Shown: positions 38,040 to 50,878 of the stretch, piece by piece
Numbering within the stretch: the first letter of the stretch is position 1
Layout: each line of letters begins with the position of its first letter
From: Macrostomum hystrix
Lineage: Eukaryota > Animalia > Platyhelminthes
DNA length: 64,000 bases
Direction of reading: 5' to 3'
NCBI GenBank assembly: GCA_950097015.1
Contig: CATNEN010000001.1
Location: forward strand, 13,020,001 to 13,084,000
Notes under the pieces: model-generated
The model's input: the letters and a program-made list of their open reading frames with translations, nothing else
Databases searched by the model: none
Told to the model about the DNA's origin: nothing
Translations under genes and position numbers: made by a program

Positions 38040-38212
38040 CCCTTTATTAATTTTATTTTTTAACGCTTTTAAATTAACGCTTTTTAACGCTGAAACGTAA
38101 ACTTTTTCTGAAATTAACGGCTAATGTTGTAAAACGTTAACTTTTTTGTAATTTTAACTTAAACGGATCGATGTTTAATCCGTTAAAAAAAAGTTAACGA
38201 TGCCCAACACTG
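38040..38212. mobile_element. hAT right terminus: TIR (CAGTGTTGGGCATCGTTAAC on minus) and TTAACG subterminal repeats
   Basis: A CAGTGTTGGG terminus is typical of Ac-like hATs. TAACG/CGTTA motifs cluster at 38060-38200. No matching left TIR was found. Confidence 0.7.
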
Positions 38213-38220
38213 CGCCTAAG

Positions 38221-38477
38221 GAGCATAAAAAGAACAATCTAGTCATCTTTGGCCTGCCAGACAGAAATTAGGGCAAAGAAGTGCTAGAAAAACTGATGGT
38301 CGAAGGCCTTGACATCAGCCCATCCATGGTGCCCATTGTGGGAACTAGACGTATTGGTCGCCAACCAATGGGCTCTGAAAAGCGCAACAGGCCTCTCCTC
38401 ATCCACCTAGAAAATCCGGCTGACAAGGCAGCTTTTTTGGCAATCTGCAAAAGCTACGTGAAAGTGGCGACTACTCC
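38221..38477 (+). pseudogene. Older LINE ORF1 fragment (CR1/L2/Jockey-type RRM-like), target of the LOA/R1 insertion
   Basis: KKNNLVIFGLPD...RRIGR...RPLLIHL motif with an internal stop. The sequence resumes after 44649. Confidence 0.65.
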
Positions 38478-38746
38478 GCTCGCACCGGCGGGACACAGCG
38501 CCTGTGAGGTATGAGTCAGACCAGGCCCACGGGCTAAGGTCTGCGATGCCTCACACCTGCAGTCGCTTTTTGAGCAGGCCTGGCAGGAAGGAGCCCTGTT
38601 CCTTCGGGTGCAGGAATCCCTCCACGCTGTCCCGTCAGCTGACCCATGGGTACACGTCCCGCGAGTGTTCAAGGCTGACCCTAGGGCAGCCGGACAGAAT
38701 GGGCAACAGCGCTGGATGACCCATCCAGGGCCTCCGGCCAAACTGG

Positions 38747-39200
38747 GTACCTCTAGCCCTGGCTGGAGGGAAAGGTGTCACCCTTTGACCTTAACAGGGT
38801 ATGCGGCCAGTCCGCAGCGTTCGTGCACCTGTGCGTGATCAGGTACCTCTGGCTACGGCTCTGAGGGACAGGTGTCACCCTTTGACCTTAACAGGGTATG
38901 CGGCCTGTCCGCAGCGTTCGTGCACCTGTGCGTGATCAGGTACCTCTGGCTACGGCTCTGAGGGACAGGTGTCACCCTTTGACCTTAACAGGGTATGCGG
39001 CCAGTCCGCAGCGTCTCGTGCACCTGTGCGTGATCAGGTACCTCTGGCTACGGCTCTGAGGGTGAGGTGTCACCCTTTGACCTTAACAGGGTATGCGGCC
39101 AGTCCGCAGCGCTCGTGCAGCTGTGCGTGATCAGGTACCTCTGGCTACGGTGTCAGGTGTCACCCTTCGACCTCAACAGGGTACGCAGCCAGTCTGCGGG
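38747..39200 (+). repeat. ~97-bp tandem monomers in the LINE 5' UTR (~4.7 copies)
   Basis: ggtacctct... unit starts at ~38747, 38842, 38939, 39037 and 39134. Confidence 0.9.
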
Positions 39201-39325
39201 CCTGGCACTGCTTTAGGTGTCCTCTTATGCCTAACGTCTCACCGCGCTGAGGGGCTGAAAGGTCCGGGGAGTCTATCCGGCCATTAGCGGTTTTTATTTT
39301 TTTCTTTCTCTCTTTCCAGCGACCT

Positions 39326-40805
39326 ATGCAGTCCCACTACAGCTCCAGCACGTCCCAGGACCCTGCTGAAACGCCGACCCCGGCCGGCGACGCAGATCCT
39401 CAGGACCAGCGCCAGGGCGACACCGGTTCCACCGGCGCCCAAAATTCATCCTGCTCCTCCGCCACTCAGGAAAACACCAGAGCGGCTGGATCAAAGAGCA
39501 AACGCTCCCCTTCCACGCAAGCCCGCAGCTTCGCCCGCCTCCAGGAATTCCGGCGGCGAAAACAGGAACAGGCTGCGAAATCCGCGCCAACCACCGCCTC
39601 CGAGGAGGGGGCCGGCAACTCTGCGAACATCGCGGAGGAACCGGCACCCAACAAGGAGGCGGACTCCTCACGCCGTCCGGGAAACCCGGAAGCGCGGAAA
39701 AGTGCCGCCCAGGCCTCTGGGGCATCCGGTTCCTCTCGCGGCGGAACCTCTCAGTCATCCGGAAACTCCGACGACTGCTGGGGGGCCCGTTGCGGGAGGC
39801 GCCGGACAAACCACAAGGCCAAAGCGCACTTACGCTGCTATGGCAAAGAGGCAGCCGGCCTTGGTTATCCGAGGCCAGGAGACGCCCCTCTCAACAGCAC
39901 AACTCGACCAGATCTGGCGCAGATTGGACTCCCATCTGGTCAAACTGGCACTGAGCGGTACTGTATTGCACGTCCTGAAGACCGACATCCAGGACCAAGC
40001 CCTCATTGTCCAGCCTGCCGACAACCAGTCCGGACAGCAACTCCTCGAGATGCTGAAATCCTTCGACTGGGGCACGGATATGGGCAACCTGTTTATCTAC
40101 AGGGAGGACGAGCGCCCCCAGACACACCGTCATCGTGTTAGGATCCCAGCTCGCAGCGCCATCACCAAAGCCGGAGAACTGCGCCGCCTGCTGTTGGCAA
40201 TCCACTCGGATCTGCCAGCAAACGGTGTCGTGGTTCATGAAACCATCACCAGACCTGGTGGAGACGGTTTCACGGCCATCCTAGGATTGTCGGACAGCTG
40301 GATGCTCCGCTGCCCAGACATGTCCTACATCAGTGCAGGCCTCACTCGAATGCAGATTTTCAGCTTCGAGTCCGACGCCACTCGCCCGCCGCCCCCGGAA
40401 AAGCGGAAACGGACGAACCAGAGCTCTGCCGGGCCCCTGCGCCCTGGAACACAGACTCCTGATCGTCACGACCACTCCGAGGATGCGGACCCTATCAGGG
40501 GCAAAGCCGCGCGAGCCGCAACGACAGGCGGACGTGGTAAGGGCCGGAAACCCGCCCGCAACACCATCCGTACCGGCTTGACTCAGCGCGCCAGACAGCT
40601 GTCGGACCCCAACAGTGGACGCCACCGCAGCACCACCCGGCCCAATGTTTCATCGGAACCCCCAGCGGAAAACCGGGCTGAGGATACGGACGCCGCTTTT
40701 GCGGCAGCACCGGCCTCAGCTCTGGATCCGATTCAGGAGGAACCGATGGAGCTCGGGCAAAACACCGGCGAGGACGACGAATCGCTCCTGAACAACTCGC
40801 CGTAG
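39326..40805 (+). CDS. LINE ORF1 (LOA-like, DUF4780-like core), split across two frames
   Basis: ATG at 39326 opens a low-complexity N-terminus. The globular core (TYAAMAK...LVI...) is in the 39702-40805 frame. It sits directly upstream of ORF2. Confidence 0.7.
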
Positions 40806-40840
40806 GCCAGCAGATAGCCGCACGGACCGCCCCTCCTGGG

Positions 40841-43800
40841 GTGAGCTTCCTGCAGCTGAACCTGCACCACTGCATCGCGGCCTCGACCAACCTGGCGCGT
40901 GTGGTGGACTTCGAAAAACCGGGCATCATCCTCCTCCAAGAGCCCTGGACGAAGAAAGGTAAGATTCCAAACATTCCTGTAGGTTTTGACTGTTTTTTCA
41001 TGCCCCAAAACCCCAGGGCTGCTGTGTTCGCGACTGCCGATCTCAAAGCTTGGTATAGACCAGACCTCTCTGACAAAGACCTCTGTGTCATCCAAACCAA
41101 CCACATTCTCCCGAACCGCACCGTCATCATCGCCTCTATCTACATTCCTGGTGACGGTCCTGCGGTTCCGCCCAGTCTCACTTCCCTCGTGGACTACTGC
41201 TCAGACCGTGACTTTGAGCTGCTGGTGGCAGGCGACATAAATACCCACCACACCCACTGGGGCAGTGTTACTTCAAACTGCAGAGGCGAGGATCTCCTTG
41301 CCTACATCTGCACCACCAATATTGAGTTCTGCAACTCGGGTGGCACACCCACCTTTGACAATGGGCGATGGACGGAGGTCCTTGACGCCACCCTCGCCTC
41401 TCAGGGCCTGATCCCTCTGATCAGGAACTGGCAGGTGTGGGACGAAGAGGAATCTCTGTCTGACCATCGCTTCATTCGTTTCCGGTTGCTAAGCTCCTAC
41501 TCCAAGCCTGGTATTCTGTAGAAAAGGAACGCCCGGAATACTGACTGGACGGCCTTTAGGGAATCCGTGAAGCGCCAGACCAACCAGTTAGAATCCGTTG
41601 TTCCTGCCACCTGTCAAGAAGTGGACGATCTGGCTGATCTACTCAGCATGACCATCTTGACAGCTCATGAAACCTCTTGCCCCCTTAAAGCCTACAAAGG
41701 CAAAAAATCCGCTCCCTGGTGGAACCCAGCGCTTGGAACCCTCCGGCGCAAGGCCAAATCCCTCTAGCGGATTGCGCGGAAAAGCAAGGACCCAGCTGAC
41801 CTGACCGCCTACCAGAATGCGATTCGTGACTTTAGGCGTGACACCAGGAAAGCGAAGTCCGAAAAGTGGCGCCAATACTGCTCCGAGCTGGAGGGCGCCC
41901 GCCCAACTTCTCGCGTTGTAAAAGCGCTCACTCTTGACAAAATGTCGAAGCTCTCAGTGATCAAAAGACCGGACGGCCGGCTTGCTGAGAATCCTCGCGA
42001 ATCGCTGGACGTCATGCTCGCCAGCGCTTTCCCCCAGACTGCGCCGCTTCAGGACCCGCCGGACCACAATCCGGGTGGACACATCCTTGCGCCAACTATT
42101 ATCACTAGAGAACGGACAGCTCGCGCTGCAAATTCCTTCTCGCCTTTTAAGTCGCCTGGACCTGACAACATTTACCCCGCCTTCCTACATGAAGCGGTGA
42201 AAAATGACAGGTTCCTCGGCCTCCTTTGCAACCTGTTCAAGGCCTGTATCACCCTCGGGTACGTACCCAGGTCTTGGCAGGAAGCCACTATCGTCTTCAT
42301 CCCCAAACCTGGGAAGGGAGACTACCACTCCGCCAAAGCCTTCCGCCCCATCAGCTTAACATCTTTCTTTCTTAAGCTGCTTGAAAGGCTTGTTCTTTGG
42401 CGCCTCCTTCACGTTGAGCTGAGGAACTCCTCGCTCTCCGCCAACCAGCACGCTTTTCGATCCGGACGTTCCATCGAAAGTGCTCTGCATGCCATTGTCG
42501 ACAAGCTGGAGCGCGCCGTGCTTGGCACCGGTTTTGCTCTCTCGCTTTTCCTCGACATTGATGGTGCCTTCGACAATGTGCCTTTCGGAGCCTTTAGGCG
42601 AGCCCTGGAACGCCGGGCTACGCACGAGCACCTCACCCGCTGGATCATGTATATGATCTCTCACCGAACTGCCACCTCGCACCTGCTTGGACACTCCCGT
42701 TCTGTGAATGTCCAGAAGGGAGGCCCACAGGGTGGCGTTCTCAGTCTGATCCTTTGAAACCTTGTCATGGACGAGCTGCTCTGCAGCCCTGACCCGGACC
42801 CGGTCCAAAAAATCGGCTATGCTGACGACGTCACCGTCCGTGGCCGGACCGTCTCCCCCGGTCCTTAAAGACCTTTTGCAAGCTTTCATCCACCGTGCCG
42901 AGCGCTGGGCCAATAGCTGCGGCCTCAAACTCCAAGAGTCCAAGACCGTCGCCATTATGTTCACCAGCAAACGAAACTGGAGGATTGAGCCTCTCCTTCT
43001 CTATGACAAACCCATCGCCATGGAGAAGCAAACCAGATGCTTAGGTGTCATCCTCGACCACAGGTTGAGCTGGACACCTCACGTCAAATTCAAAACCCGT
43101 AAAGCTCTTGCGACGCTCGCGCAGATCCGCAGAGCCTTCGGCGCCACCTTGGACCTCACCCCCCGCCGTCTCTGGTGGATTTACACTACCATTGTAAGAC
43201 CGGCCATCTCTTTTGCCGGCTTCATCTGGAATAGTGCCCTGGAGACCAAAGGGGTCCTGGAGGCCCTAAACAAGGTGCAAGGCCGTGCTTGTCGAGCCAT
43301 CATGAGTGCGGCACCCTCCACTCCCTTCGCTGGCATGAATGCCTTCCTGGAACTTCCCCCTTTAGATCTTTTTATCAAGGGGAAGGCGATGAAGACGGCT
43401 CGTCGTCTTCTGGACGCGGGCATCTCCATCCGGAAGCAACTTGCCTTCAGCAAGCGGAACCTCCAGCCCCATGGCGACCTCAGCCTACGGGACCTGGACG
43501 CAGCAGGAGGTCTCAAAATTCTCTCCGACGGAATCCCGTCGACGCTGTGCCCACCGCAAAAATTCAAAACCAGCATTCCGTCTCGCCAGGAAGTACGTGA
43601 CCACGGCCAACCCCGTGAAATTCACTGCTTCACCGACGGATCGCAAATCAACTCGGTCTCTGGTTTCGGCTACTGCATTATGTCCGGAGGGAAAACTGTG
43701 GCGACCTTCTCCCAGCACACCGGCATAAACTCTACCGTTTTCCAGAACGAAGTTCTCGCCATCAGCTCCTGCGCCCTGGAGCTGATCAACCAAAGCGTCC

Positions 43801-44543
43801 ACGGAGCAGAAATCTTCCTCCACTCGGACAGCCAGGCGGCGATCCATGCCCTTGGACGCACGCACACCTGCTCGCGCACAGTCCTCGACTGCGTCGCGCA
43901 ACTCAACCGCTTAGGGACCCACAACAAGGTGTCCCTAAGGTGGATTCCAGGGCACTCTGGCCACCCTGGTAACGAATTGGCCGACAGCCTCGCCAAGGCC
44001 GGTTCGACGGGTTCGCTTTTTGGCCCCGTGCCTGCGGTCTCCACCCCTACCGCCGTCGTCAACACTCGGATTAACCAGTGGGTGACCTCAAAGCACAAGG
44101 ACAGATGGATCAATACCGCCGATTGTCGGCAGTCTCGCGCTGCTGTCCCTTGTCCCTCCACTGCCCTTCGCAAAGCCTTGCTTGGACTGAACCGCAAGGA
44201 CATCAGGGCAGTTACCATGGCCCTCTCTGGCCATGGCTGTTTCGCCAGGCACCGCTTCCTGCAAGGCAAAATCCGCAGTGAGGAATGCCCATTCTGCCTC
44301 TCCTATGTTGAGGATGCAGAGCATTTTATTTGCGACTGCCCCGCCTTCACTCAGGACCGGCTCACCTATCTCGGCCCAAACCCGGATCTCCCCGACGTTT
44401 TCAGGCCTGAGAACATCTGCCAGCTCGTCCGATACCTGAGGGCCACCGGGCGAGCAACCCTCCACCTCCTGGACTCTCCGGAGGAGGACCGCGCTGCGGA
44501 CGCCGGCACCACCGGATCCCCCTGCGCGACACCGCAGCTCTAG
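40841..44543 (+). pseudogene. LINE ORF2: AP endonuclease, reverse transcriptase, RNase H, CCHC
   Basis: APE motifs QLNL, LLQEPW, GDINTH..WGS, LDAT and SDH. RT motifs KSPGPD, FRPISL, LDIDGAFD, PQGGVLS and YADD. RNase H motifs FTDGS, VFQNE, SDSQAA, WIPGH and GNELAD. C..C..E..EH...C. Stops at 41519, 41765 and 42755 and a frameshift at ~42838. Confidence 0.95.
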
Positions 44544-46644
44544 TTGCCCGTGGTCGCCAGGGGCTAGCGGAATGGGCGGCAACGCCTCCCCGCTGCATCC
44601 GGAAGATGCCCCCTGCAGCTAAGTCAAGTCAAGTCAAGGCGACTACTCCAATCGATTGATCGAGCTATTCGTCAAGCAATAAAAGCCTTTCCACGGCCGA
44701 CAGACTTTCGAAAACGACGCCCTTCTTCGAATTACTCTTTTACCGTCTGCGAATGCACAACCGTGTTCGTCAGCATAACATGCTATGGGCACGTATAAAC
44801 ATATTCTATTCAAGAGACTGAATCAACTATTGTGCAGATTAGTTTGCCGCACGGGCGCAACACGGAGACGGAGATGACGGCAGCTCGGGAGGAGAGTCTG
44901 AGTCTGTAAGTAAGCAAAGTTCGATAAAAAAATAGCATAGAAGGAATTTTCGACGAGAAAGCACAGCAAGATAATCGCAACTTTAAGTTAAACCATGAAT
45001 TTCAAAGTCAAGAAGATTTTTTCTGCGACCAGTCGGCAAATAGTGAAGTATTTGAGATCGACTTAGAAGCTAATGACGAAAACAAAATTAGTTTGCAATT
45101 GGTTGAGACGTGATTTTAATTTTCTCTTCTGGATACGAACAACGCAATGAGCAAGGCAACACGAAGGATTTTAACTTGCGTTTTAGCATTTTGTTTTAAC
45201 ATTTTAGCATTTTCAAAAGCCCCAGACTCAAGAAGGCAACAAAATAGTTTTAGACAAATACTAGCAAGTTTTGCCCACCTTCGGGGAGCAGAAATATTTT
45301 TAATTCGTCTCGTATATACCTTTTAGCAGCTGAATAATTTCAGCCGTTTCAAAGCTACAATGATCCCCAGTTGACAATGATCCCCAGTTGACAATGATCC
45401 TACAGTTGAAAATGATCCCTCACCAAACTATATCTCTGTGAACAAATAAATACTAATCGAATTATAATATTATATAACGATTCCGATCTTTACTAAGGTG
45501 CCGCATTAAAGTCTTAACGATACTGAAATAATTTAAACGGCCGACTTCACAACTCTCTTTATTACAAATCATAAAATCGAAATTAGTTTTACGAAGTCTT
45601 TTAATTTAAACAAATAATTATATTAGCTTTTTTCTTATTCTACATTTTTAAAAGGACTGCAATTATAAGCAAATATGTGCATACTACTTTCATTGCACCG
45701 TCTAATGATGTTATTATAGTTAGTTGCTATAATACTTTTTAAATGACAAAGTTCTTAGAAGACGGCGGAACCTATGTTAATACCTCTAGTCAGTATAATG
45801 AAAGATAAACAGAGCTGTCTTTTTATGCACGTACTTAAGAAATTTTGTATGCTTATGTTTTTAATTGTCACCTCTTTTAAGATACATTTTCTCACAAATT
45901 ATTAGCCAGTAGAACCCTTTAATAAAGAAACCAAGCCACTCCAAAAAGTAACTTTTCAAAAGTGTTTGAAATAAAGTAAACAATTTATTTTTTACATTAG
46001 CTGCCGTTGTAGAAAATGGAGAAGAACAACAATAAAATCTATATTAGGCAAAATTATTATCATCCAAATATATATCACTATGATGTTATAAGATAACAAA
46101 ATCAAAGTGTAGAGAACTCAATTCAATGACAATAGAAAAAAAGGCTTCGTGTCTAAAAATTATTTACAAAAAAATGAAGATGAATTTGCAGAAGGCTCCG
46201 CCAACAAGACAGTATCATTGCACAGATCATTGCATTGCACTGCTGGTCAGAGGCATTCACTGGGGCAAGTTAAGTTCACGCACTCAACATCACGCAAAAA
46301 TCTTAGCTATCACAAGTCTCTAGGTTTGCTGGAGCTGCTTCAAGCCTCTCAATGGCTGCATAACCTCCGTTTTAGAGTGGAAGAACCTCTGAATCGTGAA
46401 AACGCTGCGAACACGTTATTTCAACCACTCTCTCAAGGCCCATCGATATGCAGCCAACCTGCTTTATTTACCTATATTACCTAAATTAATCTCATTTGAT
46501 AAGTTTAGCTATTTGTAATACAAATTTGAGCACACAAATTTGCACAGATAGTTTCCGATAATAAGTAGATAAAGAGTTTCACTCATGGCAGAAACTTTTC
46601 ATTACCTTACAGATACCCCTCTTACTAATCTTAATTCTGGTATG

Positions 46645-46900
46645 GAATGACCCCAATTTAGTTATTCAATGATCCCAATTTAGTTAGGCCTATGCTATAA
46701 TTCCTCTTCTTGTTTGCTATGATCCTAATTTAGTTATTCAATGATCCCAAGTTAGTTATTCAATGATCCCAATTTAGTTATGCAATGATCCCAATTTAGT
46801 TATTCAATGATCCCAATTTAGTTATGCAATGATCCTTATCTAGTTATACGACAATTCCGATTCTGGTTTGCTGTGATCCCCATTTAGTTATGCAATGATT
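46645..46900. repeat. ~22-bp minisatellite AATGATCCCAATTTAGTTATKC
   Basis: About ten degenerate units are visible. Confidence 0.85.
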
Positions 46901-48939
46901 TAAGTATAGATCCCGTTTTGATCCCATCTTATTTGAAATTCTTAGGCGAATACGGCAGGATTTGTCTCAGCGGGCCATTTACATATCAGGATGAACTACT
47001 TGTGATAACTATTAAACACAGATACCTATGTGACACTCGCACAAAGACAAAAATGCACACAAGAAATACTCACGTTAATTGCAACTTTATTAGTCTTTTA
47101 AGTCTTACTCGTCCATGCAATCATGTGTTGGTCCAGGCTTCTCGGACTCATTGGGAGCCTTAGGGGTTGACATAGCCGGGATATGCTGACTTCTGTAGAC
47201 TTGATCTCGAGAAAATGTGACCTGTAAAATGAAATTAACATAAACATATTTTTATTCTTATTTTTTTATTATTCTAAAATAAACCTTATCTTTAAGGATA
47301 AGAGGCCTCATTGAACCAGTTAATAGCAAAGAAGTTAATTTTAATGATGGATCTACCCAGTGGGAAAGGCGACGTTGATCTAACGGAGTTCCAACGGAAG
47401 CTGGTCAGAAAACCGTTGGGAGGAGAGATCAATGCAGAGTGCATTGAAACATGCATAGAAATGAAAATTATGCGATTCCTTTATTCATTTATGCAATACA
47501 CTGCATATGTTTGTCACCGTTGAGAAAGCGTTGTTATTGCACAACGTTGAATTGGAGTTGTTTTCACAACAGTAAAACGTCGCTGCTTCATTAGACGTGT
47601 GTCAACTTTTTTAGCAAGTATTAAAATATCTATTTAATGTCTAAATCTCACGATGTAAGAAATATTTACAAGAATTTGTTTTATGTTTTAATTTTATAAT
47701 GTTTTGAACTGATTTTTCAAAATTGCTCGTGCCGTGATTTCTTTATCCCTAGACTGTCGTCTGTTATTGCGTCTTTCTCTTGTGTTTTCTACAGCGGAAC
47801 TAATTTCATTAATTGCATTCTTAGAGTTTTGTGCTCTGGAATATTGTTTATATTTTCAAGACCATAATAAGTTTCGGGCCATACTCGCTGCAATACATCG
47901 CAATATATTTTCGGTGCACTGCGCAACTCTGACTTTGTGGCACATAGGCCTAACATTTCTGGACAAAATTGTATTATGCATTTCTTATCAACAGGGGTGT
48001 TTTCAGTGTGGTGATCTCACTGAGTCCTGAGTCAAGGCCCTTGGCAATAAGTGAGAAAGTAGGATTGCTTCTTATGTAATCAAGGCCCCTTCTTGATTTG
48101 ATTTTTGCATTTTTATCTAACTGGCAACTATGTTTCGATTTGGTCAATTCAATCTTCTAGCATGGTCATTAATGCTAGTAGATCTATCCAACAAGGATCT
48201 TTTAGACAAACTAGGCCATTTGCAATAATTAGTTATTTTTTAATTATAAAATATAATACACCTACTTTTGGGCCAAGCTGCTTTTAACCCAAAATATAGT
48301 CAATTATAGAATACTATTCTTGCTACCTTAGCAAATCCCAGCATTATGCCAATTCTAAGCCCATTCAAAAGTCAAATTTCTAAGATGCCACCTAGACTTA
48401 AATATTCTCTTTCAAGGGTTTTTCTTTTGACTATTATTTTGTTGTATTTTCCTATGGCCATAGCCATATGATACCTTCAGTACTATTGCTCCTAGATTAG
48501 TTATTATTATTTAATTATGTTATCTATATATCTATATTTATTATGCTTTGCTAGACTAATTGGCATAGTCTCTTGTGTCCCTATTTTAGCCATGGTCAGA
48601 TCCCTATCTCTACTATACTGTTAAGGTACATATTTATTTATATAGTCAGGCCTATATATGTGATAATTGTGCTGCATCCCTTCATATATGATTATGTAAT
48701 GTCTTATAAGTTTGCATATAACATTAGTAGACTTGTCTATTGACAATTTATATATATTGTATTTATATTGTTTCTTTCTATACAATATAAATATAGATAG
48801 AAATTATATATAATTTAATTTATATTTTTTGTACACACAATGTAGTCTTACATTCTTTATAAAATTTAGGAAGTTGTTTAAGCTCCAATATGATTTTACA
48901 CTTAAGCTACACTTGACTACACACTATTTTTTACTTCAG

Positions 48940-50857
48940 ATGTCTAAAAGAACATTTAATCGCAATGTGATCAAGGACCTAATTCGGGAAATCTCCACCC
49001 CTGCTGGTGAAGAAGAGATCCAAAGTAATGTTGATGAGGACGAGGCTTTCATGGGGGAGCAAGATTTTGATGAGTTGGACATTGAGTCAGAGGTTGATGC
49101 TCTCACTCATTTTCTCAATGGTTCTGATGAGAGTGATTCTGATGACCTTGTCAATGAGTTGGAGCAGGATTCTGCTTCTTTTAGTCAGGATCCCTCTGGA
49201 GAACTTGTGAAAGACAGTCTGGGCACAGAACTGCTACTCTTCTTTGTTCTGTTCAACATCCCTCGGATGGCCATGCAGCACCTGCTCTCGCTTCTCTGCC
49301 GCCATGGAGTGCCTGTTCCGCCTTCTGTCTATCTGCTCAAGAAACAAAGCAAGGACTCGATTCATGCCACTGAGATAGTTGGGACTATGAAATCTGGACA
49401 GTTTTCATATGTGTCGATTGCTAAAAACCTGGAATTCTGCATCAAGAACACGCTTTTTGAGTTTGACAAGTGTGCTCGTGACCCTGTCACACTCGCGCTT
49501 CTAGTGGATGTTGTTGTTAACATAGATGGGATGCCGCTGTACAATAGTTCTTTACTATCCGCTTGGCCAATTCTTTTGAAAATTTCTGCCTTCGCTCGCC
49601 CACTCCCTCTTGCTGTTTTTGTTGGCAAAAAAACCACAGTTAGATGTCTTTCTAACTGATTTCTGTGCTGAACTGAGGAATTTCATGGAAAATGGTGTAA
49701 CTGTGCAGGATCATTTGATTCAGTTTCGTAAAGTCATTCTTGTTTGTGATGCACCTGCACGCTCATTCATTTGTAATGTTTTTGGTCATAATTCTCGAGT
49801 TGGTTGCAACTATTGCCGCGCTTTGTGTAGCTATGCTGAACATCGTGTCATTTTTCCAACACAAGTGAGTGAAGCTAGAACAGATGAATGTTACTCTCGT
49901 GTAGGAGAGAGCAATCAAAAACGTGATTGTTCCACTCCACTTGTCACAGCCGTGCCGATGATTGGCTTGTACTCTTGCTTCCCACCTGACTATCAGCATG
50001 CTGTCTGCTTGGGTGTCACACGCAAGCTTTTTAAGTATCTTTTTTCTTCTGCGTTTGGCTCTCGTTGCAAAATATCTCGCACAAAGCTGGCTGAGTTGTC
50101 TGATTTTATTGAGCACTGCGCAAAGTTCATTCCTGCCGAATTTCAGCGCCGTCCACGTCGCCTTGACAGCGAGCTAGCGCACTTCAAAGCAACCGAATAT
50201 CGATTGTTTCTTCTGTATCTGGGTCCCTACTTTTTCAAAAAGTTTGTTCCTCAACGGAACTATCACCATTTTTTGCTCTTGCACTTCGCAATGTATGTTT
50301 TTTCATCTGGCATTGAAGTACTTTATTCCCATGCCAAATGTTGCATTGAGATCTTTGTCCGTGACATGGAGCAGCTATATGGGAAATCATCACTTTCGTA
50401 CAATGTTTATGTGTTGCTGCACTTTTACGAATTTGTACTCCGCTATGGAACTTTGAATAACTTTTCAACCTTTGACTTCGAGAACTATTTGGGCCACGTC
50501 AAGCGAAGAATTGTTGTAACGCGCTTTACTTTTCAACATGTCTATAATCAGTTTCTTAATGTAAGATCTAGGCTGACGTCCCATCCAGAGGCTGATCTGT
50601 TTTTTTCTACAGCTTCACCAAACAATTGCGCAATCATTTGCGGCGTCCCTGTGCTAGTTCGATCAGTCGAGGCTGGAGTTGTTTCAGGACGTGTTTTGAA
50701 GTTTCGTCGACCTCTCTATGCTTATCCCTATTCATCTGAGGCGCTTAACATTGGCTTCTACTATTTGTCGCAAGAAAAAGTCTCTGGCATTGCAAGCTCT
50801 AAGTGTATTCTGATCCCGGAATGCGGAAATGAATTTTTCGTTGCTCCCTTCTGCTAA
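48940..50857 (+). CDS. EnSpm/CMC-type DDE transposase, intronless, one frameshift in an A7 run (~49630)
   Basis: NIDGMPL..SS...WPIL, CDAPARSFI..GHN...GC..C, DYQHAVCLGV, P.EF.RRPR.L...FKATEYRLFLLYLGP, YNV..LLH and FENYL motifs. Confidence 0.9.
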
Positions 50858-50878
50858 GCAATTCTCTATTTTTCAGCA

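Larger units (their letters stand above)
38478..44637 (+). mobile_element. Full-length LOA/R1-group non-LTR retrotransposon, 6160 bp
   Basis: 12-bp TSD GGCGACTACTCC (38466-77, 44638-49). 3' tail (AAGTC)3. ORF1 plus an APE-RT-RNase H-CCHC ORF2. Confidence 0.93.

Noticed and set aside
35220-44598. Long antisense ORFs over the hAT and LINE genes
   Set aside because: They are shadow ORFs of GC-rich coding sequence with no recognisable motifs.
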